Shown: piece after piece, positions 60,440 through 64,000 of the stretch
Layout of the letters: each line of letters begins with the position of its first letter
How positions within the stretch are numbered: position 1 is the first letter of the stretch
Assembly (NCBI GenBank): GCA_001687465.1
Contig: LVLI01000165.1
Coordinates: forward strand, 1-64,000
DNA length: 64,000 nucleotides
From: Halocafeteria seosinensis
Taxonomy: Eukaryota
Reading direction: 5' to 3'
Notes under the pieces: model-generated
What the model was told of the DNA's origin: nothing
What the model saw: the letters and a program-made list of their open reading frames with translations, nothing else
Database searches by the model: none
Position numbers and translations under genes: made by a program

Positions 60440-61608
60440 TCATTCATCAATCGCATCGAATTCACCCGAAGATTCATTCTTCGGATGTGTTCTCTTGAAA
60501 AATATTACTACGAGGCCACCGTAGAGGTATCCAAGCATTTGTATCAAACTGATCAGTACCATCGCAGTGAAAGGGGCATGGTTGCATGATCCCCGTTTTG
60601 ACACCTGATTGACCCTTGGAAGTCCGAATTCATGGTTCTTACAAGCATTGTTGCCCGTTATAACCCGTTTAACGTCAGTACCGAATGAGTAGAGCATCAA
60701 TAAGCCGGCAGCCACTATTAAGAATCCGACCTGGTAGCCAAGGAAGCCAAGTTCGATCAAATAGATACTTATTGAACACTTTCTTAGTCAGGGTTAAAGT
60801 ACGTACCAACTTAAACCATCCAAATTTCTGTCGTATCAGTCCAACCAGTACGTAGATGAACAGCAGCAGGGAGAAGCCGCTCAATAGTCCTCTCCAGATA
60901 TTGTTATTCGTTGGCCACGTACACCTTAGCTCACCATCCGCATGCTGTATCAAGCGCAAATTACCAAAGACTGCATAAGTTTACCTCTAGAAGAAAAAGT
61001 CATAATATACTTACAATAATCCAGAACGGAGTGTGCTTGTCCAGGTCCCCATCCCCACACTTAACCTTGTCAACTGCGCAAGTCAGATCCAGGGTTATCA
61101 AGGACATCGTCGCTTCCACAAGTAAGCATGGGCGTAACCCTTATTAGACCGAAACTGCTATACAACGTACCTTTCTCAATATTCACTGATAAGACAATGG
61201 TGGCCACTACTTGAGCTAGCGACACAAGCTGCGCATCAGAGACAACTGTAAGGCATATACCGTCTCTTGGGGATGATGCACAGGCCTACGAGCTAGACAT
61301 ACCCCTACCACAGTTGATAGTGTCAACGTTGAGCCTTTGCGCTTGCCTGCTATACGCACACAGCCTCGAAGACAGCGGTAGATCCAGCTGCAACACCTCG
61401 CAAACCATCCTCGCTCGTCTGTTGTTTCTTCCTCACGGGATTCATTCGCTCCTCCAGAGAGCTGCTTTTTCTCGCTACCCCCGGATTTACTCCCCGTCTC
61501 GGGGCTCTCACCATACAAGGGGCGCTTGGAATCCCCGTCCTTCCTATTGCTTGACACATGAACCGTCCAGTCCTCCTGATCCCGGGGATTATCTGCAAAC
61601 ATGGACAT
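60440..61608 (-). CDS. Four-TM membrane protein (MARVEL/physin-like topology), 5 exons
   Basis: The spliced product has four TMs: TLSTVVG|LVSLAQVVATIVLSV, GLLSGFSLLLFIYVLVGLI, FKL|VGFLIVAAGLLMLYSF and FTAMVLISLIQMLGYLYGGLVVIFF. Each outer loop has two Cys. Four GT-AG introns. Confidence 0.65.
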
Positions 61609-62156
61609 TGTTGTCCCTTAGTCCATACTACGTAGGAGCCTAGCTTATCAACATGGAGAAGCTTTCATGCGAATGGGGGCGAAAATTTTAACAAACCAAC
61701 GATGCGTGAGCTTGGTGCGGGGTTTTGTCGATTCGATTCGATCTCCGAACCGCCAAACCGAATCCTCAACTTGAGGACCTCAAGTCCATGCTTCGTGCAT
61801 GTCCTGTGAGTAGGAATTTTGTCACCCACAACGGAATGTTCATTATACAGAGGACATATTGTCTAGCAGCTAAGCACGAGGAGCCCAAGAAATCACCACA
61901 GGTATGATGAGTTGGACAATCGGACTTGAGTTGAGAATCCATGGTCACGGCCACGGAAACTGAATCACGTGATAAGCACATGACGCAAAGATGCAGCAAT
62001 TGTAAGTGCAAAAAACAATTCAACAGACGAATGACTTGACCGGATCTATAGGTAATGTTGTGGCTGAAGAATTGTAAAGATTTTGACACCCCATCCAAAC
62101 GTGAAGATGCGGTCAACTTCCTGACCGGTGAGCTGTCTGCCAGTGCCAGACTGTCA

Positions 62157-62160
<4 letters not shown>

Positions 62161-62190
<30 letters not shown>
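62161..62190. repeat. (TG)15 microsatellite
   Basis: Read directly from the sequence. Confidence 0.95.
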
Positions 62191-62191
<1 letters not shown>

Positions 62192-63170
62192 TCTTGGAGG
62201 GGGGCTTCCCACTTGCTTGCAAGTTGCAACCAAACTTGGTACCCGTTCAATATGCTACGATGCAGAAATGAAATTCATATACAACACTTATCATACCTTG
62301 CTCTCTGGTTAGCAATAACTTAGCATCCTTAATGCGTGCTTCCCGCAGACTCTGGTGTTGTACGTTTGTCATACGTTGATATCTATGTGGCAATAACTGA
62401 AGCCTTCCCCCTCTCCTGAACACAACAACTGCCTCTGTCGATCAACAACCTCGTAATGGATCATGTTGACACTCGAACGTCACCATCATGAATACCCCTT
62501 GAGCCTGTCTTCCTCCCTCTCTGTGGTGAGAGCGGGTGTTGGATGCCACCGAGTGGAATGCGCCTTTTCCCTTCTCTCTCTCTCCTCTCCGGGAACTCTA
62601 CACCAGCATTGGTGTCGCATAGCAATAAGATATGCCAAGAAGGCGGATCCACAGGCTTATCCCCAGCGTGGACACATCCTCATTCAGTCATCAGCGACAC
62701 GAACGACGTGATTCTCCGGAGTAGCATACATGTGTACGTGCCTCTATCACACCGAATGAATATCACTTCTTCCCTCACCTGCATCTCTGTTTCTCTCGCG
62801 ATTAAACCGAATGATCCAAAGTCACCGAATTTACCCAGTCAACGACACTATTAAGCCACCCCGTTTTGGTTAACTTTCGGGTGAAAGAATTCAACCCACT
62901 TGAAGTCGTTGGTTTTTTACTTTGTCAAATTCAACTTTTTCAACTTCCGTTAATAAGGACACACCCAAATACACATACACACACACTTCAACAAGTTGTT
63001 GCTCAACCGAAGCTCAACGTCATGATAATCAATCAGGCTTGCAAGCTGTAATTTTAAAAGACTTGTTCGGCCACTCAGTGTACGCCCCCGACTGTGCACG
63101 AAAGAAAAAGCAAAGGGGTCGTGCTTACTAAGTTAGCATCGACACTAGCACAATTGACATTCCCAAAACA

Positions 63171-63959
63171 ATGAAATGCTTCAAAGTTTCACAGGAAGCG
63201 CTCTTCGAAGTGCTCTCAATGAACAAAGGTGCTGATCCGTTTTACTATGGAACTGCTTCTGTGCCAATGTGGAACGGGCGAAAATTTGCCGAGAAGCATC
63301 CAGACGAGGGATGGCAGCTGTGGTACGCTTACTCCCGAAACCGTAGTGCCAGATACGAAGAATTGAAGACTGGGGGGCTACTTCCAGAACATGCGGAGGA
63401 ATATAGAAATGCAGAAGATGAGACCGGTGGAGAGTGTGGTTTTCTCTTCTTCTTGAAACATGTTACATCCTCTGGAGGCGGCCAGACTGGCACTTCGCAG
63501 TCATCATCCTCCAGAGCATCGTCTACCGCAGAGGCTACTGACAAAATTACCGCGTCCGAGGAAAAGGAAATCGAAAATGATATTCAGCGAGCAAGGCAAA
63601 AAAGCAAGGAACGGATACAATCAATACGCGATGGCCGAGACTATGAACGTAAACTGCGCCTCGACGCGAAGCAGTTAAGCGGGGAACTTGTAGGAGTAGT
63701 AAAACACTTGTTTCCGACACATATGGTTAATGTTTGCTTTGCCAGGCAAGATACTGATGGATCTGGATTGTGTCTTATTGTAGGATGTTTAGATCCTCAT
63801 GACGGAGCCTGGGAAGATGAGGAGCAGGATGTGAACCTGAACGAATTGTATCCGTCCTGTTGCACCACCGAAACCGTAAAAGTAAAACTGGTGCACTATA
63901 TCACCAAAGATACTCTGTGCACGGCATCTGAACCATCGGATCAGGGGCCCTGGTATTGA
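63171..63959 (+). CDS. Hypothetical protein (262 aa; may continue past the window through an intron)
   Basis: ATG-initiated ORF with a globular N-terminal part, a G/S/T linker and a short coiled coil. No family recognised. Confidence 0.5.
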   Translation: MKCFKVSQEALFEVLSMNKGADPFYYGTASVPMWNGRKFAEKHPDEGWQLWYAYSRNRSARYEELKTGGLLPEHAEEYRNAEDETGGECGFLFFLKHVTSSGGGQTGTSQSSSSRASSTAEATDKITASEEKEIENDIQRARQKSKERIQSIRDGRDYERKLRLDAKQLSGELVGVVKHLFPTHMVNVCFARQDTDGSGLCLIVGCLDPHDGAWEDEEQDVNLNELYPSCCTTETVKVKLVHYITKDTLCTASEPSDQGPWY

Positions 63960-64000
63960 AGAAGACCGTAGTATTGCCAATCTTCAGGGAGGCTCTCCAT

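Noticed and set aside
61700..63130. Short ORFs around the (TG)15 tract (HTHTHT / VCVCVC peptides)
   Set aside because: Translations of a microsatellite, and no coherent gene model could be built.
1..64000. CRISPR arrays, rRNA, tRNA, intact transposase or RT genes
   Set aside because: None recognised by eye. tRNAscan-SE and Rfam were not run, so small RNAs cannot be fully excluded.

Overview
Gene-dense eukaryotic (protist-like, possibly stramenopile; taxon is inference) nuclear DNA with short (~57-90 bp) GT-AG introns, which fragment the supplied ORF track. The dominant feature is one giant gene (3839-27230, +). Joining 12 exons across 11 introns by hand gives an open frame of ~7,536 aa: signal peptide, 12 tandem Gly-rich/beta-solenoid-like modules, an S/T/P mucin-like stalk, Ig/filamin-like domains, Cys-rich repeats, a multi-pass TM region and a cytoplasmic tail. 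Ten of the 12 module junctions carry a phase-2 intron at the same homologous position, so all nine internal repeat exons are symmetric cassettes, and eight modules display a disulfide-pinned hypervariable loop. The rest of the window holds housekeeping and signalling genes: L-threonine dehydrogenase, ESF2, cyclophilin H, a PTEN-C2-PH fusion, SerRS with a C-terminal GST/EF1B-like domain, DIS3 lacking its CCCH zinc ligands, CDC45, a two-domain class III cyclase with inverted catalytic halves, and a TMX3-like PDI. There are also an HSF2BP/MEILB2-like ARM protein, an ankyrin protein with a long uninterrupted ORF, three unknown membrane proteins, (TG)n microsatellites and possible retroelement and LRR relics. 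No rRNA, tRNA or CRISPR array was seen. All family assignments come from motif recognition by eye, with no database search.
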